Counted from the stretch's first letter, positions 23,430-37,310 are shown. The stretch is 64,000 nucleotides of DNA from Gracilinanus agilis (GCF_016433145.1 NC_058135.1:246265378-246329377); one strand, 5' to 3'. Notes: a model not told the origin generated them from the sequence alone. A program made the numbers and translations.

Positions 23430-26100
23430 TTTTTAAAGCATTTTTATATGTCTTTGGACTTACCTCCCATCATTTTATTGATTAGAATAGCTATATTTTT
23501 CATAGTTCATCATTATTACAATATTAGTTACTGTGTACAATTTTTTTCCTGATTCTTTTCACTACACTTTTGAATAGTTTGTATGTCTTCACAGGTTTTT
23601 CTGAAATCATTACCTTTGTAATTTCTTATAGCACAATAGTATTCTATAATAACCATGTACAGTAACTTGTTTAGCCATTCCCAAATTTATGGACAATCCC
23701 TCAAATTCCAATTCTTTGCCACCACAGAAAGAATTGCTATAAATATTTTTGTACATATGGGTCCTTTTTTATTGACCTTTTTCTGATATAGACCTGGATT
23801 GCTGAGTCAAAGAGTAGGAACTATTTTATTGGTCCTTTTTCCATTGTTCCAATTGTTCTCCAGATTTTTTGGATCAGTTCACAGCTCCACCAATGCTGCA
23901 TTAATGTATATATTTTTCCAGATTCTGTCGCACATTAGTTGTTTTCTTTTTCTATCATGTGAGCCAATCTGATAGATGATCAGTAGTATCTCAGAGCTGT
24001 TTTAACTTACATTTCTCTAAGCAATAGTGATTTGGAGGATTTTTATATTTTTATGTATAATTTATATGTAATATAATTTTATATAACATTTTATATCAAT
24101 AGCTTTGATTTATTCTTCTGAAAAGATTATTATTTGCCCATAGTCTTTGACCATTAATCAACTGGTGAATGGCTTTTATATTTATAAAATTGTCTCAGTT
24201 GCCTATATTTTTGAGAAATGAAGCATTTATCAGAGGAACTTTCAGTTTGAAAATTTCTCCAGCTTCATGCTTTTTCTAATTTTGGCTTCATTGATTTTGT
24301 TTGTGCAAAACCTTTTAGTTTCATGTAAGCAGAATTATCCATTTTACTTCCCATGATCTTCTTGAGCTCTTGTTTGGTCATAATCCCTCCTATTATCTAT
24401 CGATCTGACAGATAATTTTTCCATGCTCCTTTAATTTGCTTCCAATAGCTCCCTTTATGTATAAATCAAATATCCATTTTGGCCTTATCTCAATATATAG
24501 TGTAAAATGTTGGTCTATGTCTGCCAAAATATTTTAGTTTTCTAAACAATTTTTGTCAAATAATAAGTTTTTTAAAAAAGCTTTTATTTTTGTGTTTATC
24601 AGACACTAGATTATTATGGCCATTTACTACTGTGTATTGTGTACTTAATCTATTCTACCATTCTATTTCTCATTCAGTACTAAGTTGTTTTCAATATGAC
24701 CATCACTGGCTCATCAGGACAGCTGGTGCTACATTGGATTGAGCACTGAGATAGGAGACAGAAAAACTTGAGTTCAAATTCAGCCTCAGAAACTTCCTAG
24801 CTATGCATCCTTGGGCAAATCATTTAATCTCTGTTTGTCACTGGAAAGGAAATGACAAACCACTCCACTACTGGGAGGGAATAAAATGAAGAGTTAGACA
24901 TGATTGAAGCAAATGAACAATGCAGTTTTGCAATCTATTATTGCTTTCATTCACATTTTATTCACTGATTCTCTTGATATTCTTCTTGTTCTTCCAGATT
25001 AATTTTGTTTTATTGTTTGTAACTTTATTATTTTATAGTTTGATTGGGATAGCATTGAATAAGTATATTATTTTAGTTAAAATTGTCGTTTTTATTATAT
25101 TGGCTTAGTCTAGCTACAAGCAATTTATACTTCTCCAATTCTTTTGATCTCTTTTTTTTTAATCAAAACTGTTTTGTAATTATGTTAATGGAGTTCCTGG
25201 GTTTGTCTCTGCAGATAGATTCCCAAGTATTTTATATTGTCTGCAGCTATTTTAAATAGAATTTCCTTTAGTATTGGATTATTTAGTTTCCAATTCATTT
25301 TTAATCTATGCTTCCAAAGCCCATTATTAAATGCAATTTTATTTCATTTTCATTTTTTCATTCAGTTTTTTCATATTTCATTCACTCAAAAAAAGACGAA
25401 TTTAGTATTTCTGTTTTCTCTATTTGTTTGTAAGGTTTTGATGTTTTATTACATGGTTGATTTTTCTGAAAGTACCATATACAACTGAGAAAAATATATA
25501 TTCCTTTTACTTCTCCTTTCATTTTCTCCAGAGGACTTTCGTATCTAACTTTTTTCCAATTTAGTTTTTCTCCTTAAATTTCTTTTTTCTTTATTTTATA
25601 ATTAGGTATATCTAGGTCTAAAAAGAGTCACACTGAGGTCCCCCACTAGTATAGTTTACTGTCTATTTCCTCTTGTAATTCATTTAACTTTTCCTTTAAG
25701 AATTTGGATGTCATGTTGTTTGATGCATATATACTTCTTGTTGATATTGCTTCATTGTCTATGATAGCTTTTAGTAAGATATAGTTTCCCCAGTTATCTC
25801 TTTTAATTAGGTCTAATTTTGCTTTTGCTTCATTCGAGATCATGATTGCTACCCCTGCTTTTTTATTATAGCTAAAATATAATGGATTCTGCTCCAGTCC
25901 CTTATTTTCACTTTGTATGTTTTTTGCAAACAACATTTCCAGATTCTGATTTCTAATCTATTCTGCTATTTGCTTTCATTTTATATGGGGATTTATCCCA
26001 TTCAGATTCACACTTATGATGACTAAATGTGTATTTTCCCCCATTGTTTCATTCTTAAGAATTTCCCATTCTTCCATATCTTTTTTTCAGATAACTGATT
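23430..26100 (-). mobile_element. Old, internally deleted L1 (ORF2 endonuclease region joined to post-RT region and 3'UTR)
   Basis: ORF 25646-25936 encodes KKAGVAIMIS..AKAKLDLIKRD..GNYILLK (L1 endonuclease); 23430-25260 gives ORF2 C-terminal and 3'UTR motifs; MAR1 SINE inserted at about 24715-24915. Confidence 0.88.
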
Positions 26101-26849
26101 AGCTTTAGAACAACTATAGATCACAACCCTTGAACTCAATCTATACACTAGCTTTAGTCTTCCCCCAAAACAAGGATTATTGGCTTGTACCATCATCACT
26201 GGAATTCTCTTACTTACTACCTGCAGTAAGTGCAATGAATAGAAAGCTTGGCCTAGATTCAAAAAGGGTCAAGTTTAAATTTGGCTTCTGACACTCATTT
26301 GTTGGGTGACCCTTGGCAGCTCACTTATCGTTTGTCTGCCTCAGTTTCTTTAATTTTAAAAAAGAGGTAATAATAGCACCCACCTCACAGAGCTGTTGTG
26401 AGGGATATATAAAATTATATTTGTAAAGCATATAATACAGTGGCAGCTATGTAAATGTCATTTGTTATCATCATTATTATTATTGTTTTATTACTGTGTG
26501 ACCTCAGGCAAGTCAAGATGAACTTTTAGATCTTGTCCAATTCTACATCTGAGATTCTGAGCCTTTCTCATTCTTACTTTTCCATCTTGTTCAAGCCATT
26601 CTTCATAAAGGGAATGACTTCTCTCTTTTCCATCTTAGAAGCATCCTAAAGCAAATGAGATCTTAAGTTCTGAAAGCCTAGGCCAGTAGAGGTAAGTTAA
26701 GGCTTTGTGATACAGCAAAAAATAATTAATTCAAAGCCACAAGAACTGTGTTGAATCTTGGCCCTCCCATCTTTTTAAACCATCAGGAAATTCCTTCATT
26801 TTTTCTACTCGATTTTCCTTATATATAAAATGAGAATATTGGATTAAAA

Positions 26850-27058
26850 CTGTGCCATCAAACTCAAAAAAGAAAGACAGCCACTAAACCATACATAAGG
26901 ATTCTTGTAGGCTATATACTGATTTAGATAACCACAAATTAATATTGTCTATGTTTTATGTCATTTATATTTATATTGCTAAATATTTCCAAATTATAGT
27001 TTAATCTGTTTCAGGTAGTATTTGGGAAAGTTGGATCATGTATTTGTCATCTTTGCTC
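26850..27058. mobile_element. hAT-like MITE family (further degenerate copies at about 32452-32645 and 34175-34385)
   Basis: Shared internal motif TGTGGTTTTCTAAG / (T/A)TAGA(T/A)AACCACA and degenerate GTGTCAAA...TTTGAC-type ends. Confidence 0.55.
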
Positions 27059-27149
27059 TAGAGGATCTCTAAGGTGACTTCCAGTTTAAAGTGTGTGATG
27101 TTTTTTTGTTTTGGTTTTACCTATAGTTGGTCCTCTGACATTACCACCA

Positions 27150-27830
27150 TTCTAGTACTGGCTGTCCGGACCACTTACCTTGATTATTAAAATAGTCTGC
27201 CATTGAGTCTGCCTGCCTCAGATTTCTCCCCACTCCAATCCATCCTCCATTTAGCCACTCTGTGATTTTCTTATATTGTAGGTTGGACCATGTTATCCCC
27301 TTACTCAGTAAATTCCAGTTACTTCTTATCATCTGTGGGAGCAAATACAAAATACTCTGTATGGCATTCAAAAGGTTTCCTAATCTGGTCCCTTCCTACT
27401 TTCCAGACTTCTTATACCTTACTCCCTGACACATTTTATTCTGTCCAGTGTCAAAGGCTTCCTGGATAGTGCCTAAACAAGTACATCTTACTACATCTGC
27501 CATTTATAGGGATTTTTTCTGACTGTCCCCTATAATGGGAACATTTTCTTTCTTCTTCTCCTAATCCTAGGTTCCTTTAATTCCCAACCTGCTAAAGAAA
27601 GCCTTTTCAAACTCTCTTAATTCCAATCCCTTCCCTCAGTTAATTCTTTCATTTTTATTCTATATATACTTTTTTGGTTATATTTGTTTCCATATGCTTT
27701 CCCTCCATTAAATTATAAGCTCCTTCAGGGCAAAGACTGTCTTTGTCTCTTTTTTTGTATCCCCTACACTTGGGACAGTGCCTGGCAAATGGTACCTACT
27801 CAATAAATGCTTAATGATTGATTAATTACT
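27150..27830 (+). mobile_element. L2 3' fragment (about 700 bp)
   Basis: CCCCACTCCAATCCATCCTCCAT, TAAATTCCAGTTACTT..., GCTCCTTCAGGGCAAAGACTGTC, terminal CAATAAATGCTTAATGATTGATT. Confidence 0.85.
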
Positions 27831-28739
27831 TGATTATTTTCTATAACATAATTTGTTCAAAATACAGAACTTGAACCCAGGTCTTCCCAACTCCAAAGTC
27901 AATCATCTAGCCACTTCCTCATACTTCTTTTCTTGATTTAATTAGGAAAAAATGTATCTTTTTTTCTAGGATAAGATAAAACAAAGTTGCTGAAGCTAGA
28001 ATAATATTTTAAAGAAAGGAAGGGGGAAATCAAGGAAAATCATGATGAGTAGTCACAATATACTCCTAGAAATAGGAAATCAATCCATCTGCTCTAATTT
28101 TTGAAGCTGGGAGTCACAACTGAGGGCTTGAGGAATGAGGAAAAGGATTTGGAATAATTGATATGGAGAATCACATAGGGAGTCAATATAGGTACAATAA
28201 GAGGGTTCTTTATTAGCTACAAATACCCAGCTGAGGTTATGCACCATAAATTTCTAATAAGTGAAGTCAACTAATTTGACACTTTTTCAGTGATGCCCTA
28301 TAGCCTGAAATCAAAAAAGAAGAAATTGGATCTTGTCACTTGCCCCCGAATGAATTTTCAGAGCATGAGAATGATGGAGAATGAGGGTAAGTGAGCCAAG
28401 GGATTCTAGGTTAGTAGCTACTAAAACATTAAAGAGGTCATAAAAAAGGGTGAAGGTGTTACCAAAATCATCAAATTGGGGCAAATGATCTATGAAGCAG
28501 AAAGACAGCAGCTGTTGCCAACCATCCTAATGAGGACACAAGCCTCTCTCTACCTGCTAAGAGACAGTTTTTAAGTGCAGACCTAGATCAAATTTTTGTG
28601 TTCGTGTTTCTAAACCTACCATTGCACTGAAGTGAGAATAAGGGAACCAGATGAGATCTCTTTAGCACAGAATTATATAGCTCTGTGGAGCTAAGTTACC
28701 TGGGTGATGTCCCAGTGTCTTTGAATTCTCCTGTATTCT

Positions 28740-29450
28740 ATTGAATAGCAGTCTTGTGCCATAAAATGCACTGTAGGTTGCTGAATATCTTAAAAATAGC
28801 AACTGAAGGGTTTTGCCGTGTCAATATTGTGCTCAAAAGATATATTTGTATCACATATTTGTCTATAATGACTTCTGAGAAGTCCCAGTTTCCATCATAT
28901 ATGAATGATGAAATGGAATATCTCTGGGAGTCTAGACATGTACCAATTATACATATTTCAGAGGTCAGGGGATCATGACAAGAGGAAGGATACACAGGCA
29001 ATTATAATAAGAGTACCAGTGATTTACTGAGAAAATAAGCATGGACTAAAAAGTCACAGTATGAGTGAAGAGTAGATTTATTAATATTAATAATGATAGA
29101 AGAGATGCAAGGATAGAAAGTTGTGATCAAAGAGAAGAGTTTTTGAGATCAGCAAATTCTGCATCTAAGTTTTATATGAAGATAATGTAAAGCTGAATTC
29201 TTCTTTGAGTATCAGTTGGACAAGATAGCCAATGAGGACCCTTCTAAAACTGAGATTCTGTTAAAGCTTGAAAATGGTACATTCCAAGAGAAACTAAGTA
29301 CAACCAAGCCAGAGTATGGCTTACTTGAGGTTATGGAAGTTGAAAAGCCTAAAGAATTATGGAGTAAAGTCATTAAACAGATCACTGGTAAGAATATTAA
29401 GACCCATCTAAGAGAGGAGATGTACAATGAGCTAGATGCTAGTCACTGAG
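28740..29450 (-). mobile_element. Ancient L2-clade ORF2 endonuclease/linker remnant
   Basis: Minus-strand translation gives LLISKTLLFDHNFLSLHL (compare L2 PLSDHNLLSF) and PLTSEI...PSVAIFKIFSNL (compare PW.T..I...SP..LF..FSSL). Confidence 0.45.
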
Positions 29451-29514
29451 AAAGCTAGCTAGACGCAACAGGGACTGAGAGTAATATGAAACTGGGCTCA
29501 AAAGGCCATAAATC

Positions 29515-30150
29515 TATACATACCCTTTCACCCAGCAATAACACTATTGGGGTTGTGTATCCCAAAGAGATCAGAGACAAGGGAAAAAGATCCATTTATA
29601 TCAAAATATTTTAGCAGCTCTTTTTTAAATGGCAAAGAATTGGAAACTGAGGGGTTTTCTATTACTTGGAAAATGGATAGACAACTTGTGGTCGTAAAAG
29701 ATGACAAACTGGAAGAGTTCTGCAAAACCTGCAAAGACTTATATGAATTGATTCAGAGTGAAGTAAGCAGAACCAGAAGAACAATGTATACAGTAACAGA
29801 AATATTCTACAACGATCATTTGTGATGGTCTAAACCATTACCAGCAAAGCAAGTCTCTAAGATAACCACAAGGGATTCATGATGAAAATGCTATCTCTAA
29901 CCAAAGAAGGAATTGTTGGAGTGTGAATAGAGATCAAAGCAAGCCACCTTCCGCTTCATTTCCTTCATGAGTTTTTTATTGTATGTGTGATATATGTCTT
30001 CTACTATGATGAATATGAAAATAAGTATTGCATGAAAAGTACTGGTATAAGCCATATCAGACTATTTATTTACTACCTGTGGGGGAGATGGCTAGGGAGG
30101 GAGGGAGCATGCCAGAATCCTAAAATGTCAGAAAACAATTTTCAAAAATC
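29515..30150 (+). mobile_element. Old L1 3' end
   Basis: IPFHPAI.LLGLYPKE-type codons (TACCCTTTCACCCAGCAATAACACTATTGGGGTTGTGTATCCCAAAGAG), then ELIQSEVSRTRRT and a marsupial L1 3'UTR. Confidence 0.85.
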
Positions 30151-30157
30151 ATTTCTA

Positions 30158-30340
30158 GGGGATAGCTAGGTGGCTCAGTGGATCGAGAGCCAGGCCCAGA
30201 GTCAGGGGGTCCCCAATTCAAATCTGACCTCAGATACTTCCTAGCTGTGTGACCCTGAGCAAGTCACTTAATCCCCATTGCCTAGCCTTTACCACTCTTT
30301 TGAAGCCAATCCACAGTATTGATTCTAAGATGGAAGGTAA
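30158..30340 (+). mobile_element. SINE1_Mdo-type SINE, full length
   Basis: GGGGATAGCTAGGTGGCTCAGTGGATCGAGAGCCAGG ... GATGGAAGGTAAGGGTTTAAAA. Confidence 0.9.
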
Positions 30341-32102
30341 GGGTTTAAAATTTTGTTTCTATATGAAAAAAAATATAAATAAAATTTTTAAAAATCAAAC
30401 ATCAGTGCTTACTATATTATCATCTGTTGCCACTCATTACATTGACATTTTGTTGTTTTCAGTGCCCGTTCATAGTAATTACCCCTAGTTGTTCTGTTTT
30501 ACCTGATTTCATTTGTTTCATCTATAGACTTTAACTAGAAAAAGACTCTTGTTTGTCACAGGATGGGCTTAATCATAAGAAAAATGAAGCTATTCTCCTC
30601 AGCTGATGCATGTGAGAGATGCCATCTACATTCAAACCACAGAGAATAAAAGCAATGTTGCTGGGTTTTTTTTTTCCTCAATAACCTGTCAGGGAGTCAA
30701 AAAGCTTCAACACAAACCATAAAATAAATCGGTGCAAGCTTGATGCAACACATTGGCTAACGGGTGGAGTGGGGGTGGGAGGAAAGAGGAAGGACTCTGG
30801 CTGTTACTACTCTAGTAAAATGTCAAGCTTAGGCTTTTGATTTCTGTCCACTCCCCCTCAGGGCTCTGTCACTTGAGAGAGATATAAAGAAAATAGATCT
30901 GTGACGGGGGAAAAACTATTTGGCATTTTGTTAAGAAAACCTAAAGACATTAGGGAACTGGGGCTACTTCCCCAATCTGTCCCAATCCCTCATTTAGAAA
31001 CCACTGGCAATTCCTAAATTTAATTTATGTTGTGTTTGGCCTCCATGTAACATTTCCCTGTGATCTTAATGGGCCTAATCTTCTGTCAGGATGGGACCTT
31101 CAATCCTGGACTCCGTAAAGCAGCTAAAATGAACCCTTTTACAGTTACCAGCAAGAATTATACATGATCGGCCTTATCTATAATTAACAAAGTAGCAGCA
31201 TGGATTAAATAGAATACTGGCTTCTTATTTATTAGATTAGCATTTCATGTCTGCATGGAATAAATTGACGCAAGTATGCCTGAAGGAAAGACGATTTAAA
31301 CCAGTTCTTCTCCTCTCACGTTTCCAGACTTGGATTCTCTACCGTGTCTTAGAGTTTACTGGACTCGAGGGGGATCGTGCTGAAAATCCATTAAAAAAAA
31401 ATTTGAATTCACATCAAGATCAAAACCAGTTACAAAGCAGATGTTTGCATGTTGGACGGTGGATGGTAACTAGACACAGTCTCCACGCCTTCCTTTCCCA
31501 AGCAGTTTACAGTAATTATAGCTGATATTTATATCGTCCTTTTAAGATCTGTGGTGTAATGTTATTTTATTTGAACCTCAAAACAACCAAAGGAGTCAAA
31601 TGCTACAGAAATTATTATCGCCTTTTTCCAGGTGAAGATAAGATCGACTCCAAGAGATTAAGGGTCTTCCTCAGGACCCCACAGCTAGTATGAGTCTTCC
31701 TAATTCCAAGTCAAGTGTGCATTTCATTCCTCCATAAATGGGTTGCATTTGATGGGAAAAATTAAAAAAAAATAAGGAAACATATTGTATCTCCTAATGC
31801 ACCTCTTAAATTTTCTGTCTGTTGGCTACATCCATATCCCGGGCAATCAAAGAATGATTATCTTAATCAACAACTCACGAGCCACTGTCCAAATGACTTG
31901 CCCTAACCAAACCAAGGTAAAATATGTGACTTCTTATAAAAGCAGAGTGTATTTATTTAAATGAAATGCAAAACAAATAACAAGATAAGAAATCATGGAG
32001 CAAGACCTTTCCCCATCCATTGCACAACAATGTGACTTCTCATACACCTAGGAAATGGAAGATCTAAATTCTCTCCCCCAAACCCATTAAAGAGAAAACA
32101 CA

Positions 32103-32218
32103 CACTTCCCAGCTGTGTGACCCTGGGCAAGTCACTTGACCCCCATTGCCCACCCTTACCAATCTTCCACCTATGAGACAATACACCGAAGTACAAGGGT
32201 TTAAAAAAAGAGAGAGAG
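32103..32218 (+). mobile_element. Young 5'-truncated SINE1_Mdo-type SINE
   Basis: Perfect 12-bp TSD AGAGAAAACACA (32091-32102 / 32219-32230) at a TT/AAAG L1-endonuclease site; retains CpG in ACACCGAAG. Confidence 0.9.
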
Positions 32219-34769
32219 AGAGAAAACACAGTACCACTCACACAGATGGTGAGTATCCATAAACAACTCCATCAAATGACTCAAGTCACCACCACTCCTT
32301 GCCATGGACTTAGAGCTCTGCATTGAAAGGTTGTGTGCAGAATGAGTATTAAAGACTTTCCCCATGGGAAAATACTGAAGTTCCATTAAATGGAAGATGT
32401 TACTCCTTAGCATGGGAATGCAGAAAACCCAGTCTTGAAAATGTTGAGATCAAAGGTGTCAAATGGGCAGCACGTAGGCTCATCCCATGATACTCTTTAG
32501 TGTACGTGAGCCAGATGAAAATGTAATTGAGATATATTTAACAAAATAAATAAAAAAGACAATACAACAATATCTTATTTTGTGGTTTTCTAAGTTGATA
32601 AGCCATGTACAGATCCACATTCATTTCAGTTTGATGTATTAGTGCAGACTTTAGAGAGCCTTCTTGCTTCTTCTTCAGGAATATAATAGGGGAAGGGGAA
32701 GTCTTTTGTTGCCCCTTCTTACAGGGATCCTTAACTGTGACATGGTCCGGAAGGGACTCAAATTTTCTCCTCTTTTTTATTCCCTTTTGGCTTTGCATCA
32801 CTGAACTCCAGCTTATGTCATCATATGAAAACCTCTGATATTTTTTAAAACTAGCATAAAAAAAAACAAAAAGTTTCCCAATAAGTGCCCACACTAGAAC
32901 ATCATTTTAAATGCTGAATACATGTTGTAGTGTTCAAAGAGAGCCCTGATCACACCTTGTTTATAAGCATATACAAAAAATACATGCTGAAGCAATGTGG
33001 GTTAAAGGAAAAAAGCAATAAGCCCTGAATTGAGGGGTTTATACAAGATCATTGGTCTTCCTTGCTATTTAGTGAATCATGTATTACCTGTACAGACACA
33101 CTAGTAAGATTAGAGACTACTTGGGCACAAAACTTTCATTTATGACTCTAACTCTATTGATATGAAATATTTTAATTCACTTTCCTGTCTTGGCACCATG
33201 AAAAGATTCTGGATCATAATTGCTGAAAAAGGGGACCCCTCAGGACAAAAGGTAGTAAGTAATAGTTGCTCATTAATATGGTTGGCTTTAAGGCTCATTA
33301 CCCATCCTGCCAGAATGAATGCTAGTAAATGATAAGAAACCACTAAGAAATAGTAGGGACTTTTGACTTTTCCTTATATCTAGGAGAAACCCAACTTTTT
33401 CTATAGACTGTGGCATTCCTTAAGGTTTTCCCTACTTCTTGATCTTGCTTTCCACTTTCCACCATTTTAATTGATTGGGGATACAAGTTGTTAACTGCTG
33501 CTCCCCATTCCCAAGTATTGTTTTGGAATTTTTGAGAATTATTTGAAGAGAAGAAGAAAAGGAATTAAGGCACAGGTTGGCCTGATATTCAAAAGGAATT
33601 GATTCCTTTGGGAGGAAGGAGAATGACATAATGTCTGAAGTTGGAAAAGAGTAGAGAAGCAAGAAAGAGAAAGGAAATGGTTTTTTGGGGGGTTGTCACA
33701 CTTATCTAGCATTATGATATAGAATTCAAGGCCCAGATATCAGTCTAAAAATTAGTCATATAGAACAGTTTAGGCAGGGCATACTTAGTCCTGCAACAGA
33801 GCTTTCCAAATTTGGAGTTCTCAAGATTTGCCATGGGCCAATTGGCAAATATAGAGGGACTGAAAAAGTTTTCTATTAGAGACTTGGATCTTAAACTATG
33901 TTCCATCTCCATTGCTTATTTGTGCAACAGGAGAGGCAGCATATAGTATATTGGAGAGGGCACTGAGCTTGGAATTCAAATAATCTATGTTCAAATCACA
34001 CCTCAGGCACTTACTAGCAGTGTTACCCTTAGCAATTGACTTCTCTGTGCCAATTACCCTGTCTGTAAAATGGAAGGATAAGTTTCATTTAGCATCCTCT
34101 TAGGTCCCTTTAGCTCCTAAACTCTGATCTGAAGTAGTTTAACATTTCTGTGGCTCAATTATACCTTCTAAAACAGCAATCTCAAACACATTGCCTTAGG
34201 GCCCCATATAACCCTCAACACTCCTTGAGTAGATAGCCCAAAGCAGATTAAATCATAATTGGGAAATCTTTTTTAAAAATAAATTCAATTACAATAACAC
34301 ATAGATAAAGTTAATATGTGGTTTTCTAAGTCAATATATGGCCCACATGGATCCTTATGTATATTTAAGTGGTCCTTGTTCCTAGAAAATGAAGATAAGG
34401 ACAAATCCAGTGTCAAGATAATGGATATAAAAGACTATATTCATGTAATTTAAAGGCATTTGTGTTCATATTAATGTGGCTACTCTTTCCACCAACCCAT
34501 TTCTGCTTTTTCATCTTGTGCTATTTAGGTTCATCTTTCTGTGATTTACCCAACATGCTGAAAGTCTTGTATTATTCTTTGAATATTTCATAGATACTCA
34601 TGAAGCCTCAGGCTATTCAACACATCATTTCCCCTCATTCCTATCCATTATGAGCCCATTTCCTTTTCCAGTGAGATATATTTGCTACTGATATTTTGTC
34701 TTTCCTATCATCTAAAAGACTATCTTGTGTCCTACTTTGTCCATCAAGCTTTGCCTGACTGCATTAGCC

Positions 34770-34990
34770 TACATTTTTGTTGTTGTTGTTGTTCTGTAGT
34801 GCCTGACTCTTTGTGGCCCCATTAGGGGTTTTCTTGGCAAAGGTTCTAGAGCAGATTGCCACTGTCTTCTGATGCCCAGTTTCCAGAGGAAACTGAGGCA
34901 AATAGAATTAAGTAATTTACCCAGGATCATACAGCTATTAAGTGTCTGAGGCTCTAGAGCTCTATCCACAGCATTACTAATTTACCTCCC
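34770..34990 (-). mobile_element. MAR1-type CORE-SINE
   Basis: (TTG)n tail, GGGGTTTTCTTGGCAAAG, CORE on the minus strand. Confidence 0.8.
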
Positions 34991-36517
34991 CCCTCAACTC
35001 TCACTGATAATAGTAACTCACTTCTAAGATTCCTTACGGTCCATAAAGCACTCTGCTCACAACAAAGCTATAAATTAGACAATAGAGATATTATTATTCC
35101 CATTTATCAGGTGGGTAAACTGAGGTTTAGTATAATCTAGGAAATTGTGCAAAATCTCGACTATTTTCAGACTGAGAAATTCAAACCAGGTTTTCTACCT
35201 ATAAATACATCCATCTTTCCCTACCTTGAATTTCTGGCATAGTATTGGAAAACCAATTAGATTAGGATTCTTTTTTTTTTTTTTTTTTTGCATCTATGGA
35301 TCCTTTTCAAAGACTGGTGAAACCAAAGGTGTCCCTTCTTGTAATAATGCTTTAAATGCCTAAAATAAGACACATAGAACTGAAATCACCTGAAATCTCA
35401 TCACCACAAAGAACAACTCAGGTTTTTATACTCTATGCTGTCTCAACTTATTCTCAGTTGCCTCTCCCCTTTGAATGGAGGGCTGGAGGGTAACCTATCT
35501 CTCTAGAGGGCTCCTAACCTTTATCTCCATTGTCCATCACTTGCTCTGTTTAGCTTTACTCCACAAACCAATATTGTCCCCTTTTACCTCCTCACCTTTT
35601 CAGATTTCTTTTGTGTTTTATCTTCCCTCATTGAATTACAAACTCCTTGGGGGCAGGGAATTCTCTTTTTCTTATTTGCATCCCTGGCACTTAACACAGT
35701 GCCTGGCACATAGTAGGTGCTCAATATTTGTTGAATTGTTAAGATTCCAGAGAAAACAATTTTATTTCAACACAGTTGTGGTTTTTTAACAAGTTCCCAG
35801 CCTCAAGATTAAAAACTTCTAGCTTAGCATATACTAATAAAAGTCCACATACATGTATTAATTCACCATTTAGACCTTGATGATACATCTGTTATTCTTA
35901 CTGTTTCATGTATATAGACCTGAGTCTTGTCTCCCTAGTTAGATTTTAAATGTCTGTAAAGACACTGTGAGCTAGAAGAAAATATACTGGAAGTCAGAAA
36001 GAACCTGAGCCCGATTCCTTCTACCTCTACTTTTTACTACCTGTGTGACCTTGGATAAGTAACTCAAAGTCTTTCCAATCTATATCTGATTCTTAAAATG
36101 AAAAGAGATGTGGAACTACAGATTTAGAAATGTAAAGAACTTTAAACATTAACTAGTCTGAAACCCTTTTTTAATGCAGAAATTGAAACTTTATGACACT
36201 AAAGACCAAGGAAATGGCAAACCACTCCATTTTGCTTCCCAAGAAAACCACAGATGAGATCACAAAGTATCAGAAACAAATGAAATGATAAACAACAAAA
36301 AATCAAGTCACACATTGTCCCTCTCATCATTAAATAAACTCCAGTGGTTTCTTATTTCTAGTATCAAATTTAAAATAGAATATAAAACCCTTCATTATTT
36401 AGCACCTTCCTATCTTTCTTTCTCCTGGGAGTGTGCTAGGGCTAGCTCATCCCAGGATCTTAGTACTATTTCTTAAATTTTCACTGTGGTCATTTAGACT
36501 CAAGAATAGGCAAATAT

Positions 36518-36705
36518 AGGGGCATCAAGTTGGCTCAGTGGATAGAGATAAAGGAGCTAATGGGTTCAAATCTGCCCTCAGATACTTCCCATCTGTGTGA
36601 CCCTGGGCAAGTCACTTTCCTCCTATTGCCTATCCCTTATGACTATTCTGCCTTAGAACCAATACACAGTTTTGATTGTAAGCTGGAAGGTAAGAGTTTT
36701 GTCAT
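36518..36705 (+). mobile_element. SINE1_Mdo-type SINE
   Basis: GGGGCATCAAGTTGGCTCAGTGGATAGAG ... GAACCAATACACAGT...GGAAGGTAAGAG. Confidence 0.85.
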
Positions 36706-37119
36706 TTTAAAAATGGAGAAAAACCACAAATCAGGGCTTAATTTTTTTTGGTTGATAATTATTAGAATTTTAAAAGTCTAATGTTTATGTTAATAATGCT
36801 GATTAAACTTAAAGTATATCTTGCATACATTTTCCCCTTTCAGAGAGCCAGTTGTTAAACACTTACCATCCAACTCCTCCTTCCCTCCTTGTACTACCTG
36901 ACCTAATGCTTCCCTACTGTTTCTTTCATCAGACATTCCATTTCCTAATTCCATGAATTTTCACTGGATGTCTTTTATGACTGTAATTTTTTCCCTCTGA
37001 ATCTCTCCCTCTAGCCTTGCTACAAGTTTCAACTAAAATTTCACCTGCAAAAATTTCCTGGTCCTCCTTCAGTCTAGTGCCATCCCTCTGAAATTCCACC
37101 AATGAATCCTTGGCTGAAT

Positions 37120-37310
37120 GGTGCAATTGGATAGATAGAACAGCCTTAGCCGCTGACTAGCTGTGTGACCCTAGGGAAGTCACTTAACCCTGCATACATC
37201 AGTTTCCTCATCTGTAAAAGGAGCTGAAGAAAGAAATGGCAAACCACTCCATTATCTTTGCTACAAACAACCTCCAACGGGATCAGGAAAGACAGACAGG
37301 ATTGAAGAAC
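37120..37310 (+). mobile_element. MAR1-type CORE-SINE
   Basis: CORE plus AAGAAATGGCAAACCACTCCATTATCTTTG tail. Confidence 0.8.

Noticed and set aside
29216-29449. Plus-strand 77-codon ORF with apparent acceptor (CAG|TTG) and donor (CTG|GTAAGA), looking like a 172-nt coding exon
   Set aside because: I recognise no protein family, and the opposite strand carries L2-type endonuclease motifs (DHNFLSLHL), so it is more simply the antisense of a decayed LINE. BLASTP/PhyloCSF would settle it.
31360-31385. RE1 left half-site (TTCAGCAC on the minus strand)
   Set aside because: No GGACAG right half at the correct spacing.
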